Source: Catajapyx aquilonaris
Lineage: Eukaryota
DNA length: 64,000 bases
Assembly: GCA_000934665.2 (NCBI GenBank)
Contig: KZ538207.1
Coordinates: forward strand, 1-64,000
Reading direction: 5' to 3'
In this document: piece by piece, positions 11,884 through 25,900 of the stretch
Layout of the letters: every line of letters starts with the position of its first letter
How positions within the stretch are numbered: position 1 is the stretch's first letter
Made by a program: the position numbers and the translations under genes
Notes under the pieces: model-generated
Databases searched by the model: none
Seen by the model: only the letters and a program-made list of their open reading frames with translations
What the model was told of the DNA's origin: nothing

Positions 11884-12809
11884 CCTACTCTCTTCAATGT
11901 GACCTGTCAATCTTCTCGGCCTTGTGTCAATGCCACCTGATACCGATTCAGTTATCATGCAGATACCGGCCAAGTGCAAGAGGCAGCCATTTTTGACTTG
12001 GGCTTTCCTTTTATCTCGCACCAACCTTGGCAACCATGGACACTACCATATAAGGCCAGCATACGGCCAGAGGCAATGCAAATGATGCTGCTCTTAACAT
12101 ACCGCACGACTTACAAAATAGCAGCCAGATTTGATGAGTAAGTGCAACGTACTAGGGCGAAGTATTTTTAAATACCGTTACTTAAAAAGTGTAAATATTT
12201 TATTACTGTACCGATAATTGCGATGGTGAGAGAATAAGCGGGACTCGAGAGCACAATATAAACAATAAATCATCAGTGAAAATAATATCTTCAGAGTATA
12301 TGTCAAAGTAAGGCAACATCTATCCATGCAAATAATGACGACAGCATTTCTATCCAGTCTTTTATGACCCAGCATGCCACATTACAGTATCATACACAAT
12401 AATTATGTACTTAATTTTTTTTTAAACTGGAAAAGAAAGGTTCATATGAGCGGCAAAAAACAAACATGAGATCTTGAGCTTTCAACGTAATACCCTGAGT
12501 TTTCTCGCTTCTCTACCTTTTTTGCCCAAGATCAAAGTTGACAACACCTTATTTTGCATTGGGTTCAGCGGTACATACAGGACCTTACAAGTTCATTTGG
12601 TCTTTTGAAATCGGAATAATAAAACTTAATTAGAAAACAAAATGGGAAATCATTTCATCTTAAAACTCTTCTGAAATCATGACATGCGCAAAATCGTGTA
12701 ATTACTTCCCAATGTCGCTCTATCTGCTCACTGTAGATTCCGCTACATCCCTAACGTAAGCTTCGAAATGGCATTTACATCAGCATGATTGCTCCCACCA
12801 ACACCGCTG

Positions 12810-12972
12810 CGGTTATTTGTGAACTTCAGAAGAAACTTTACGTTACAATTACAGTATGTGTCCCAATGACACTATTATTGAATTCCTCCTCCGGTTATTT
12901 GTGAGATTCTGGAGAAACTTCATTACTTACAATTATTACAGTATGTGTGCCAATGAGGCTATTAATGAATTC
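12810..12972. repeat. Short tandem duplication (2 x ~78 bp)
   Basis: cggttatttgtga...agaaactt...ttacagtatgtgt.ccaatga..ctatta.tgaattc occurs at ~12810-12885 and ~12892-12972. Confidence 0.7.
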
Positions 12973-13993
12973 AAGATGATTTGAAGATCAATGCTGCGTA
13001 ACAGATGTACAGTACCAAGACATTATTTTGCCTGCAGTGAAGATGGGCAATTGGGCCAGCTTCCCGCCGGAGGAGCTGGAAAATGCATGAAATGTTGGAT
13101 GGCAGGAATGTGCCTCACTCAAAATCCACAGGCCCAATGTCCACACACATTCACTATTCCGATTCACACAAAACAACATTGCACCACACGTGCATTTGAA
13201 TAATTTTAACGCAATTAATTTTGATGCACAGCCGCCAATAAAATCTAACAGACAACGAATCAGAAGTCATGTGGTTTCATAGTGTATCATGCGCTGTGGT
13301 ACTGCAAAACACAAATAAATACTGACAAAAAAATAAGATTATACCTTACACCAAAAAAGATACTGAAGATTAAACAAAAAAAAACAGTGGTTTTTGGCAC
13401 AACCAGGCTTGTGACAATATTTGTGACTAATTCTTAGCCATTTTAAAAACATTTTTGCGTTTTGTATATTGGCAGGCTGTTCGTATCTAGATTGAGAAAA
13501 ACAGAGGCATACACTTTAAAATGTAACAAAAATTGCATGAATGAGCAAAGATAACTGGCCGAAACAAATGAAAATGAAACGTTGGTGTCTAAAAATATCG
13601 ACACCAAAATTGGGAAAATCACAAAACAAGCAACAAACAAAACCAGCCGTGAAAAGTTAGACGACTACCACGGTGCAAATGAAAACTAACATTCAACAAA
13701 AAAAACGGAAGGTTGCGAATTCTTCAGTCTTGTTACGACATTACAACCAATTCTGTCACATTTATGACCAGATATCCACACATGGAACACATTTACACTC
13801 ATTCCCATCCAATCATCTCCCCACGTAAGGAACTCTCAGTAGCCAACCCCCCCTTCCCCCCCAACCCGCCTAAAAATATTGGTAATACTTTTACGTCTAT
13901 AGAATCAGGTACTTGCATCACATATGTTGATCAAAAACTACTCTTCACAAGCCTTTTAGTTTCACCTCTTATCTGCCACACAAGCCTTCCTCA

Positions 13994-16900
13994 CTACCGG
14001 AAAGCCTTTGCGGCCCTGAATACCTTCTGCATCTTGTAAAACGACTCAGCGAAATCGCTCATGCGCTTCATGAGATGTTCGCTAACAACAAAGTCCGGGT
14101 ACCAATCATGGAGGATTTTGCCGACTCGGGAATTGAAGCCAGGTTCAAGTCGGGTCAGTGCTTCAACTGCCGCTTCCTGAACACATCGTGGAACGACTGA
14201 AAAAAAAAAGTGAAACAAACTGTGAGAAAAAAATCGCCAGAGTCCACAGAATTTAACAAATATTTGTTCATGTGTGTACATGAATGTAGAGCAGGCTAAA
14301 CTTCTTATTAAACTGCTATCATAACTCTCTGAAACAGTTCTGGCAGTGCCTGCCACAAAAAGCTCAAACAATAATTAATCAGATATACATGCATATCAGC
14401 CTAACCTAATCCAGTTGAATCCGGATATGACAGACGGTCTGTTATAGCCGAATACGAAGTATGACGGGGCCGGCCATTCGAGTCTGTTATATCCGGAGCC
14501 AACTGTATCATGAAATAAATATATCCCAAATCTCCTTCAGTGCCGTCCTAAATCCCTCAAGCAAAAACACCTTTGTCAAAAAAATATCTAGATACTCATT
14601 ACTTACTGGCGGCGTTAATAGGACGCAAAAAATCATTGATAGGCTGCAGTAATTGATTTGCAAATGCAGGCTTCTTCTTGCGTGAAAAGCTTGTCACGAG
14701 TCCTGCAAAGAGATTAACCATCAATGATATGTTTTCCAATGACATTGTGGCGTAACTCACTCAAAGCCTTGAGCACCCCGCAGACACTCCGATTGTCTTT
14801 CGTTGACCCAATTTGCAGGTAAGGAGCAAAAGCACCTTCCAACAGTTCGCTCTGGACCCATTTCCATTTCATTACACGAGCCAGCAGAACTATTCCATAG
14901 CCCGCCCTCTCTATCTTCTTCCTGTCACCATCTAGAAAAAAAGTTCAGAAATAATTAAATGTGCAAATCAACTTGTGCCAAATCTATTTGTTCCCATGAA
15001 CTTACTGGTCAAATCGTGCATCAATTTTTCCATCAACGATGCATCGGTGTAATCATCTGCAGAGTAACCACGGCTCTTCAGGTACTCGCACATCTTATCT
15101 TGAAAGTGTCCTTTCATTTCACGAGAGAAAACTGCATAGGCCATGGTGTGAAAGAGCGTCTCGTGATCTAATGAAGAATCGGAGCACAAAAAATTAGATA
15201 CCGGTATTGCTTGATACTTTCCTAATCATTCAATGATTACAAGTCCTTATGAGCTTTCTTGCCCTTAACAAGCCTTTTTTTAATACTCCAATAAGATGTA
15301 TAACAAATTTGAGTACCTCCTTCCTCTCCCTTTTTGGGCCACAGCTCTGGCCATGTCTGGACTATCCCAAAAACGGGAGAACATGCTCTCCTCAGCCCAT
15401 GGAGAATAGCATCGAAACAGAAGTCCCTGGCCCGATTGAGATTCTTGTGATCCTTGCATAGCACTCCAGCCAGATGGCCTGCACGCCTTATCTCCCCTTC
15501 CTGGCAGTGTGACATCTTATTGGTAAAGCCCGCCACATAGTTGCAGAGCTCATCCAAGAGGTCATCAACTAAGGTGACGTAAGTGCGTCCCTCTCGTTCA
15601 AGCAGCTTGGCCACAAATGATGACAAGAAAGTGTTGAGTGGAGGGTCGATTGGCAAGTCACGCTCAGTGATGGTGATGTCTTTTGATAGCATTTCCACGA
15701 ACGCTCTATGTGACAAGAAAATTAAAATATGTTAGCAACAACAATAATCAACACCTCATAAAGTGTGGGCCTGTAATAAGTAACATGTTCTTTAGAAAGT
15801 GAAATTGCTTATCTCTGAAACAGGGCAAATAAATCAGCATTTTCTGGATTAAATTAATACAACAAGAAATTTTTGCCTCTGCCTGAATCATTACTCATTT
15901 TTTTACTTAACCTTCGCTTTCACATCTACGGCAAAGTAATACAGGATCACTTGAGGTGGTTGTGTACTACAACCTTCCAATTTATGGAAGTCCAGCCGAA
16001 CATTTTGTGGGCTGTTACCACATACATTAAGTCCAAACTTCCAGAAAAGCATGTGACGGCTTGTTGTTCATTAGAAAATTACACTCGGAAATCCCTCCGC
16101 CTCACAATGACATAGAGGAGCATCCAAATGCTTCTCTCTTTCTCTCCAAAAATGACAGAATGTTTTGAAGTTTTTAGCGAACACATTTGCAAACACCTAA
16201 GTGAACATGCACAATGACTAACTTGAATATGACAACATAACTCACTTTGCTACGGCAACAGAATTCGGGAATTTTGCATTGTAATGCATCCTTCCGATTA
16301 AGCCCCAAATGCTGGACTCGGTGTAGTCTGGCACATCTTCCATGATCCTCTGCATTTCCTTGCACTCTTCGACTGCGGATAGCAAAATTTTACTTCAAAA
16401 GATGTATAAAAATTATTTTAAAAATACATTACGCTGGTAAACTTTTAATAGAAGCAGTGGAACTTCTACAACGATACTTTTTTAACCAACCAATTCCATA
16501 ATAGTTTCTTCAATTAATAAAGAAGTTAACACTTAGAGATGTTTCAGTTGTGCAAGTTCCACTGCATAATCACTGTAACTTCTCTATCGGCTTCTAGTAA
16601 TTTTAGATTCATTAGGTACATGCAAAAATCTTCCTAGATAAAGCGATTAGGCAGTAGATTTATTTCTTGTTTAACGTCAACTTGCTAAATGACCAAACTT
16701 TTTCTTCAAGCAAAAAGCACTAATGTTGGAGCAGCCTGGAGGGTTGCAACACAAAAAAACAAAAATTATGAAGACTCACAAATACGAGTTTTCTCCACCA
16801 ACAATTCCTTCCTTCTCCTTTCAGCGTCCCTCTTAATCTGTGCAAACACGCAGACTTTTTTCTTTGTGGCCCGCGTTGTATTCAGGCGAAGAGTTGCTGC

Positions 16901-19900
16901 TCCTGGATTTGGAAGTTGTCCGCTGGCTGTTCCTTGATGTGGAGATGTCCCATTAGAGCTTCCGAGGGTAGAAGATATTCCACTTGGTGCCAATGACGGT
17001 CCAGGAACTGCTGCTTCTGGATTTGGAAGTTGTCCACTGGCTGTTTTTTGATGTGGAGATGCCCCGCGAGAGGTTCCGAGGGAAGAAGATATTCCACTTG
17101 GTGCCAATGACGGCTGGGGTGGATTTGGCAGTGGAGTTGTTTCTAGTTGTGTAGTAGGACCCTCTTCCTCCTTCACAGGCATCATTGACTGTGCATCCTT
17201 TTGTATTAACGGCATCAGGTTTGGTCCAATAAGTGGAATCGTTGAAAAATTTCTGCTCTGTTTCCATCTTGGGAACCACCCCTGATCATTTCCTTGAGGC
17301 GAAGGTGTTCCATTTGTCCAAGGTTTTACTACAGATGCTCTACCACCTCCCACCAGCATTCTCATTGGTAGCATTTGCCCTGGCCCTGTAATCATTGGCG
17401 AGGGTGCTCCTAATTGTTTCACCGGAATCCTCACCCCCCTCGCCAGACCTGGCCTTGTAACGGGCTTGTTCAACATTGAAGTACTTGGCCCCCGCAGTTT
17501 TGATATGTCCTGCCGAGTCTTTGTTTGGGAACCAGACCTAAACATAGCAAATGTCTCGGAACATCGCCATTGGGCTGCAGGAGGTACTTCGGCAGTGGAG
17601 GCCACAGAAGGTCCTCCTGGCTGGTCCATACGTTTTGCTTGCATGCAAGACCTGCCGTTAGTTTCAGCTCCTCCTTCAGCATATTTTGAAGCTGCTTGTG
17701 ACTGGGTATGTGCCTTCCTGTTAGGTAATTGATGACACCCTTGCCCCAGTGCAGCAAAATTGTCAATTGTACCGAACTGTGGCTGGAACAGAGACCTTGC
17801 TTCTAAGGACTTGGTTGGTATGCTGTGACTTAGTGATGGTAAAATAGGTGATGGTGACGGCACTGGCACATATAAGAAAGGTTGCTTGCCATTCACTGCT
17901 TTTTCAGGTAACTGCTGTGATGGTGGTGACAATGCTGAAATGTCCTCTATTTTGCATGCAGGTGACCCTGGTGATGTTGGTGACAATCCTGAAGTGTCAC
18001 GTATTTCTCGTCCAGGTGACCCTGGTGACAGTGGTGACAACTCTAAAGTGTCCTGTATTCCTGGTCCAGGTGACCCTGGTGATGGTGGTGACACAATTGA
18101 AGTGTCACTCTTACAGGGTGAACTCTTCCACCTTGAACACAAGGGCTCGTCATCACTCCCTTCACCGAAGAGATCGTCCCTCGCAGTTCGTACCGATGAC
18201 TTCAGTGACACTACAGAACTGTCATTCATTACAGGTGCTGCTTTGGTCTTGAACCTCTTTACCCCTACATGTTCATCATCACTTTCATTACCAAAAAGGT
18301 CTTTGCTATGAAGTCGGCCCTTGCGCTTTCCTCGTTTCATTTTTAAGACTTTGGTGACCCTCGAAGGTAAAGCAATCCCCTCAGATTCTGGCAAATCTGC
18401 CACATCGTTCAGAGTTTCTGATTGATAGGATTCGGTTACATTTTCCAAACAAATTGATTTATCTGACAAGGGCAATTTTGACAACAAAGTCCCATTGCCA
18501 AAGATTAAGCCAGTTGACTTCCTTTGTACAGGTGACATTACCATTTTGTAGGAATCACTGCATTCCACTGGCAAGTTTACCGATACTTCCAGTGAATTCC
18601 TTGCATCCTTACAGACGGCATATTCTGGTGATTCTGGAGCCAGTGCACTGTTACTAAGGTTATGTGCAACCAGTGGTTTGACTGGTTCTGGCGACAATGG
18701 TGATTCTTCTGGTTCTGGCGACAATGGCGATTCTTCTGGTTCTGGCGACAATGGCAATTCTTCTGGTTCTGGCGACATTGGCGATTCTTCTGGTTCTGGC
18801 GACATTGGTGATTCCTCTGGTAACTGGGGTGACATTGCTCGTTGTCCTTCATCTATTACCAACTGGCTTTCTTCGGAATCGGAGTTACTAGCCAGGTCCA
18901 TCTCAGAGTTTGCAGGCTGATGTCCATATTTGACCGTGGATGGAATGACAGGCCCTGGTGAGTGAAGCTCAGGTGGAGGTGAAGTTGAAACCCTTTGCTG
19001 CGTCAGTTTCTGAAGATCATCTAGGCGTTCTGATGGCGACATTGGCAATTCTTCTGGTGCTGGCGACATTGGCGATTCTTCTGGTTCTGGTGACATTGGC
19101 GATTCTTCTGGTAACCAGGGTGGCATTGCTCGTTGTCCTTCATCAATTACGAACTGGCTTTCTTTGGAGTCGGAGTTGCTAGCTAGGTCCATCTTGGAGT
19201 TTTCAGGCTGATGTCCAGATTTGACCACGGATGGAATGACAGGCTCTGGTGAGTGAAGCTCAGGTGGAGGTGAAGTTGAAACCCTTTGCTGCGTCAGTTT
19301 CTGAAGATCATCTAGGCGTTCTGATGGCGACATTGGCGATTCTTCTGGTTCTGGTGACATTGGCGATTCTTCTGGTAACCAGGGTGGCATTGCTCGTTGT
19401 CCTTCATCAATTACGATGCTAGCTAGGTCCATCGCGGAGTTTTCAGGCTGATGTCCAGAATTGACCGCAGATGGAATGACAGGCTCTGGCGCAGGTGAAG
19501 TTGAAACCCTTTGCTGCGTCAGTTTCTGATCATCATCTAGGCTTTCTGATGGATACAGATCATCTCCTGCAGTTTCAATTTCACATAGTGACTCCGACAC
19601 TCCCTCACATTGATTCAATGCATACTTGGGGCCATTCAGGTAAACATTTGGAGGAGTCACATCTAGTTTCTCAAAATCAGTATGATTAGGCATTTTCTCG
19701 CTGCTCTGCTGAGATTGGGATGTAAAATTTTCCTGAGGAACATGCAGGCTTTTTCTCGTCTTGAGAGTAGAAATAGGAATGAGACTTCTCCTGCAAACAC
19801 GCTTAGGTGAGACCTCTCCTATCTCAGCTGTTTCCTGACTAGCATGTTTCTTGGCGTGTTTCTTCAAGACAACCTCTGGAACTACTGAATGCAGATTTAA

Positions 19901-22900
19901 AACTGGCAGATTTGAATTACATTCTGTTTGCAACTGGAGTTCTTCTGCAGCTGCAACCTGAGTCTCCTCTGAGCTTGTCATCAAATGCTCTACCAGATCC
20001 TGCTCAATCGTCTCACTTTGGAGAGACTCAAAATCTACTGGCTCCTCATCTCGGTTGTGAACTGGTGTGTGTTCTTCAAGTACCTTCTGAAGCAGCTGTA
20101 TTTCATGATGCGCCAGATGATCATTCTGCGTCTGAACAGGTTTCTCACCTCCATTGCGAATTTGCTCATTTCCTTTAGTGCTCTCCTGAGCTGGCTCCTT
20201 CTGGTGATGTTCAGAAGGTTCAGGTTGCTGTGTGTGCTCTGAATCCACAGGAACTAAATCTGAATCCACAGGATCTAAATCATCCCCGCATTCTCGATTT
20301 TTGGTCACTTTCTGGATGAGAATCATGTCATTCAGGAAAGTACAGGCATTGTGCTTTGATTTACCATTGTCTTCAGACACTAATAAATGCAGATTATCAT
20401 CATGGAAGAACTGTCTAGAAGGGACGCCATCCACACAACTACCATCAGCTGCAGAATCCAGGGATTCTTCTTCACTACTATCCGCAGAATAAGGCACTGT
20501 ATGGATTGGTGGATCAGCTCCATCAATTACGAGGTCCACAGGTGTACTGGCAGTGAAGTCCGTGTTACTTCTAGCCTGGAGCCCGCACTCACTTGATTGC
20601 ATCCCCATGATTTCAGAAGTTCGACACATCTCAACAACAGCTTGATCAACCCCATCAGTCACCAAAAATGTAGATGTAACTGTCTCTGTGGCCGCAATAT
20701 CGCATTCAATCCATTGCAACTCTGGTACGTCTTCTAAGTCAGACACGTCTGATTCAGATGAAGACAGTCCAGGGTCTCCTAAAACCCCACTTGCTAAGTT
20801 AGGTTCGTTGTTTTCTACCAACTGTGGTGCATCAACTGGGCTGGACTCTTGCGAATTACTATCAGCCACTGGTTCTGACTCATCAATTGGTGAATGCCTC
20901 CGAGGCGACCCTTGTGGTTCAGATGTGGCTTCACCTTGCTTCGTATGATCACCATTAAGTAAATCCCTCACAACAGGAATGCCACGGGCTTCATTATTAT
21001 CATTCCCCTCAGGACTACCCGGAGCTGACACAACTGGCTCAGGCACAGGTGAAAAAATGTCGTCCGGAAGGGTTTCATCTCTAGGCAGTGCCCCAGGCGG
21101 GCCAATCAGGTTTTCTAGACCTTGCGCATTTTCCTCCAAATCATAAGGGATGTGACGCTGACTTTCTAACTGTAATTCAGGACCAGAAGACATCTCGGGT
21201 AATTCCATATGTACATCAGATTCAGAGATCTGCTCCGTTCTTGAAGTTGCAGTCTGTAATTCACCCAGTTCTTGCACTGACGGCTCTACTTCAAAATTGT
21301 CTAAGTCTTGCGATGATTGTGGTGATGAATCACTTTCAGGTAGTGGGCTTACCATCTCCATGCATCTGACAAAATCGTCCATGCATTTAGGAATTCCCTC
21401 ATCCCAAAGGGAGTCTGCAGAGATAAATGAAATGGTGTGGATTTGTTCATCGCATTGTTCAAATTACTTGCTAATGTATCACTTACCCTCGTCATCGTCA
21501 CATCCATATCCTTGATGACATAACACAGGCATGTTTGAAACGCAGCCATTGTCAATACTAAACTCAAATGTCGGCATGCTCTTTAAGTTCTCAGGTACCA
21601 AAGTAGTTTCTGATGGTGTTGCAGGACCTGTGAACAATGCAATGATTAGAGAAAGCAACACACTACACATGCAATAGAAATGGTTTGTATCTTGAAGCCT
21701 AAACAGCATTTAATGCTCAAAGGATAGAAATACCGAACCCCTAACACTTACTAGCTTTCTTGTCAGAAGGGCAAATACTCGCCACACGGCTGTCTCTTTG
21801 AACATTCGTTTCCAGAGCACCAGTTTTCGGTGCTGTAGTTTTTGGCACTGTAGATGTTGACTCTAAAAAATGATATGTAATTAACTTACATTTAATGCAT
21901 GCAGCAGTCATTAACAAATACTTTGATTTCCATTTTAATGCATCATTATTTTTAATTAAATAATTTGACAAGGTAAATTCACAATGTTGTCATAAGGGAG
22001 TTCAATAATTCTGCTCATTGAGCAAAGGGAGAAAGTGCAATACTCAAAAGTTTGCAAAATAAATGCAATTAAAAAATACTAAGTGGTCCATGAGCAATAT
22101 TGGCAGTTTGAGTCTTGGTGGGAAACCCTTTTTCCTCTTTCCCTCTTTACAAAGCAGAATAATTATGGTCCTTAGGTAAATTATTCGCAACTCACATGGA
22201 ATTATACATTTTGCCTATTTATTTCCCCTTATGAATTTGCAAAAATACATTGTTCACTTCAAACGTGACGAACAATTTGAAATTTTTTGTGGATGTTAAC
22301 GAGGTATGTTTTCCTCTTACTGAGCTACAAAACCCCTGTCAATGTCCGCAACACTTGTTGGTCATGAGCCACTTGGGATTTTTCAACTGCATTTATCTCA
22401 CCAACTTTTGAGTATCGTACTTTTTCTCTGTACTAAAGTCTTAAAAGGAACACGTGATGCATGCACACAGCAACATAAAATATAATCTAGGTAAAACAGA
22501 CTCTTCTGCTACATAAACTACATAAACACTACCTAGAAACCCCTAGAATAAATACCTTCATCACTAGAGTCGCTGAGATTTTCAACCGGAACGATACTGT
22601 TTTCCATGTCTGCATCGTTATCAACAGGTGAAGCATGAACATGTCCTGTAATAAATTAACCGTTATAAAGAGTCACACCAAGGCCTACAGCTCAAGCAAT
22701 CATGAGAAAACTAAAAAGGTTGCTGATTCGATTCCAAATGGCACAAAAATTTAAACCCCGCCAGTATCTTTTTTTTAAAAAAAAAACAACAACTAGGTAA
22801 TCGCTGTGCCACCAGAATAAAACAGCAAACGTGTAATATGAGCCTATCCCAAATATGCAGTGTATTCTAATTTAGTTGTCTACTGTGGTCAGCAAATTTT

Positions 22901-25900
22901 TTGTGCCGAGTTGCGTCATTTTAAACGGCTACTTTGGAACATGTGCTTTTAAAGGACATTAAATATTATGTAAAATAGGTGAAACCTTTCCCACTACTGC
23001 AGCCAAGGGGGTAGTCACTTCGGAGAGCCGATGTACACCCTCACTGGTGAGCCGACGAGAGCAGCGGAGAGCCTGGGCAAAACGTGCTTTCGTTCCTCAT
23101 CATCCCTCATCATATGACGTAGTTTGCCTTTGGCGGCCTCCTCTGCCCACCCCAGCTGCTCTCCTCGGCTCTCTGCTGCTCTCCGCAAACCCACCCCGGC
23201 TCTCCTCGGCTCTCTTGGCTAACCAACTTGCTGATCAGTGAGTATACACCGGCTCACCCATGGTCTTACTGGCTCACCGATACCGCAGAGCCAGGGAGAG
23301 CCGAGGAGAACTGAGGAGAGTCGCAATTCAAGAGAGCCGATGTACACTTTTTTGAAGAGTGACTACCCCATTGATGGTGGCAGTGTCTGCACTTGAAAAA
23401 ACATGTCAAACCACTGACATCAGGTGCCAGTGGATCAATTTTGGTAACTTACAAAGTTGTCAGATAAAATAATTCATCACAATTGAGGAACTGTTCAATT
23501 TAACTAAATACTGCCTGATACTGTCATAACCAATGGCGGTAACCTTTTGAATGTACAGACATTCTTAGTGGAAAAAAATTGCTGACCAATAAGCATTTCA
23601 ATTGGAAGGCATTATGTTTTCCACTGGCATTAATATAAATACCTTCACGACAAGCAGGTTCAGAACCTGTCTCTGCTTGAATGCCTTTATCAGAACAACT
23701 TTCAGCCTCTTCATTTTGGGTAGCAGCAGCAGTGTTTGCAACTTGAATAGCTGTAATAAAGTTCGATATAAGTTTAATAAGGAACTTTGGTCAAATTTAG
23801 ACAATTGTAGTTGGAATATGAAGTGAGTCTCAAATGTACGCTTACTTCAATCTCACTGTCACATGCCAAACATTTGGAAAGTCGATAATCACTACTGATT
23901 TGCCCACTTCAGCTAACTAATCTTAAACTCTGACTCGGCACAATATTTTCCTACTTGGAGTGACCTGGCTCATGAGATAACCATGTATGCCCTTAGAAGT
24001 CTCAGCCTGAATAACTATCGATTCGAACAACCACTCATCTCTCTCCAGAAAATTAGGGAACAAAATTAACATTCCCCAGTTTTTCGGCAATCCTTCAGAT
24101 GGGTTTTTGAACAGGCATCTGGATCCAGAGCGGATTAGGGAACCCAGCTGTTACTTCAGCTCTACCCAAGTTCTGGATGGCATAATTATTCTGATCATTT
24201 ATTGACCTTAAAGCAATGGCAACAAAGTAATTTTCAGAGAACATTCCTGATTACCTTCATTACCTGACTTCTGTTCCTCGGAGTCATCACCAATGGTGCT
24301 GCATTGTGCTGATAGTGTATCAGTGTCTTGAAGTGTGCCAGGAGCCGAACCACATGGAGAAGAGTTCATCAGCCGCTGGCTGCGTTCCAACCAATATTCC
24401 TCTCCTATTTTTCGTAGAATTGGCAGGAGGCAGTTCAGAAAAAGACAATAACCAAGTAATTAAAGTGGAGAAAGTGAATTTAAGTGCCACTAAAATAAAA
24501 CGTACGTAAAACAAAATATTACATGGAGTATAATTAGTCATTCATCTGACCACTGGCAAATTTGACCATTTCCAGAACTGCATAATTTCAGGATTTCCGG
24601 TAGGTACTGCTTGGCCAATAAAATGTTGTAAGCACTTTCCATAATATTCATTCCATAATATTCAACATAGTCACATGATGACGCTAATTTTTGGTTTCCA
24701 CCACACACAAACATACTTTAGTGACTTTAGTGGGGGTTTAACGTTGGCCTATTTCTGCCTCTAAGGCTCAACACTGACGCCAGGGAATCCTGGAAATTTG
24801 GCCACTCTGGGGATCTTTAATGTGCACTCACGCAATGTCACAAGCACACAGGACCGACAGCTTTACTTCCCCTCCGAAGGAAGGCACACTCTCATTTTTC
24901 TACCGCCCGGAGAAAAGTCACCGACCTCGGGAACACAAACATACTGTCGATTATACCATCTTTTGAACTTTGGCTATAGATTTTCTAATCAAATGCAACC
25001 ATTTTTGATCAATGAGGAGGATGTGAGCTGAATACAATATTTCCAGAAGACAAACGTGGAAAAGTTTGTGAAGATCCAACAATCGTGCAAATCTTACCTG
25101 GATCCCAGTCTATGGATTCATGTGATGATGGAGGTGTCACTATACATGGTGGTTTGGCTTCACTCACAATCCCTCCAGACGTTTTCCTGATCATGGACTT
25201 AAGCTGAGTTCTAAGGGAGCTGCGTGACTCCTCGAGCGTGACTACTTTAGCTCGCCATCTTTCGATTTCAGCTTTCGATTTCCTCACCTCCTCTGCGGGC
25301 AGAGAGCATGAAAAGGAAAAAAAAGTTAATGATGCACACTACTAATTTATGTTACCCATCTGCAATACATATTCCTTTAACAGGTGCCATGCTTTTTATC
25401 CTATTCAATTTATTTATAACTAACATATAGGGAGTGACTCCACTCACATTTGATACCCACAGTTTCATGTTTTGGAAATTCAAGTTAAATATTTAATTAC
25501 TTTCAGACACTTTTATTCAACATTTTACAACTTAGTGGCATTCTAAGGCTGAATAGCTTACAGATCAACCATCTATGGTATAACTTACAGTGTATTTACA
25601 AATTTGTGCACACGTTTTCGTTGGAAAGTACGAGATTTGTCTTCGGCGCATAAAAATATATCTTAGTAGATAAAAATTTTAAAGATTTATTCATGTTAGG
25701 CCCCTTACTCTCCAGTTCCTTTTCCTTCGCTGTGCTCGTTTTCTGATACTCAGCTAATCTCTGCTCGTATTTCTGCTTTATGCAAAACAACTCGGCTACT
25801 TTGTCATTAAGTTCCGCCTGCATTTTTTGCAGCACTTCTTCATACCGTTTTGTCACCTGCAGGAGAAAAAGAATTCCATTAGCTACTGAAATAATTAGAT

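Noticed and set aside
11884..12033. N-terminal extension of xylose isomerase (in-frame ATG at 11958)
   Set aside because: No signal-peptide character, and MSEEYF at 11883 matches the usual family start and length.
17466..20948. Plus-strand ORFs with repeats (e.g. SGSGDNGDS, ILLVLATMA)
   Set aside because: They are antisense shadows of the repetitive ICE1 exon.
16766..21382. The 1538-aa ORF as a standalone gene
   Set aside because: It is bounded by an acceptor at 21415 and a donor at 16779 and joins in frame to the flanking exons, so it is an internal ICE1 exon.
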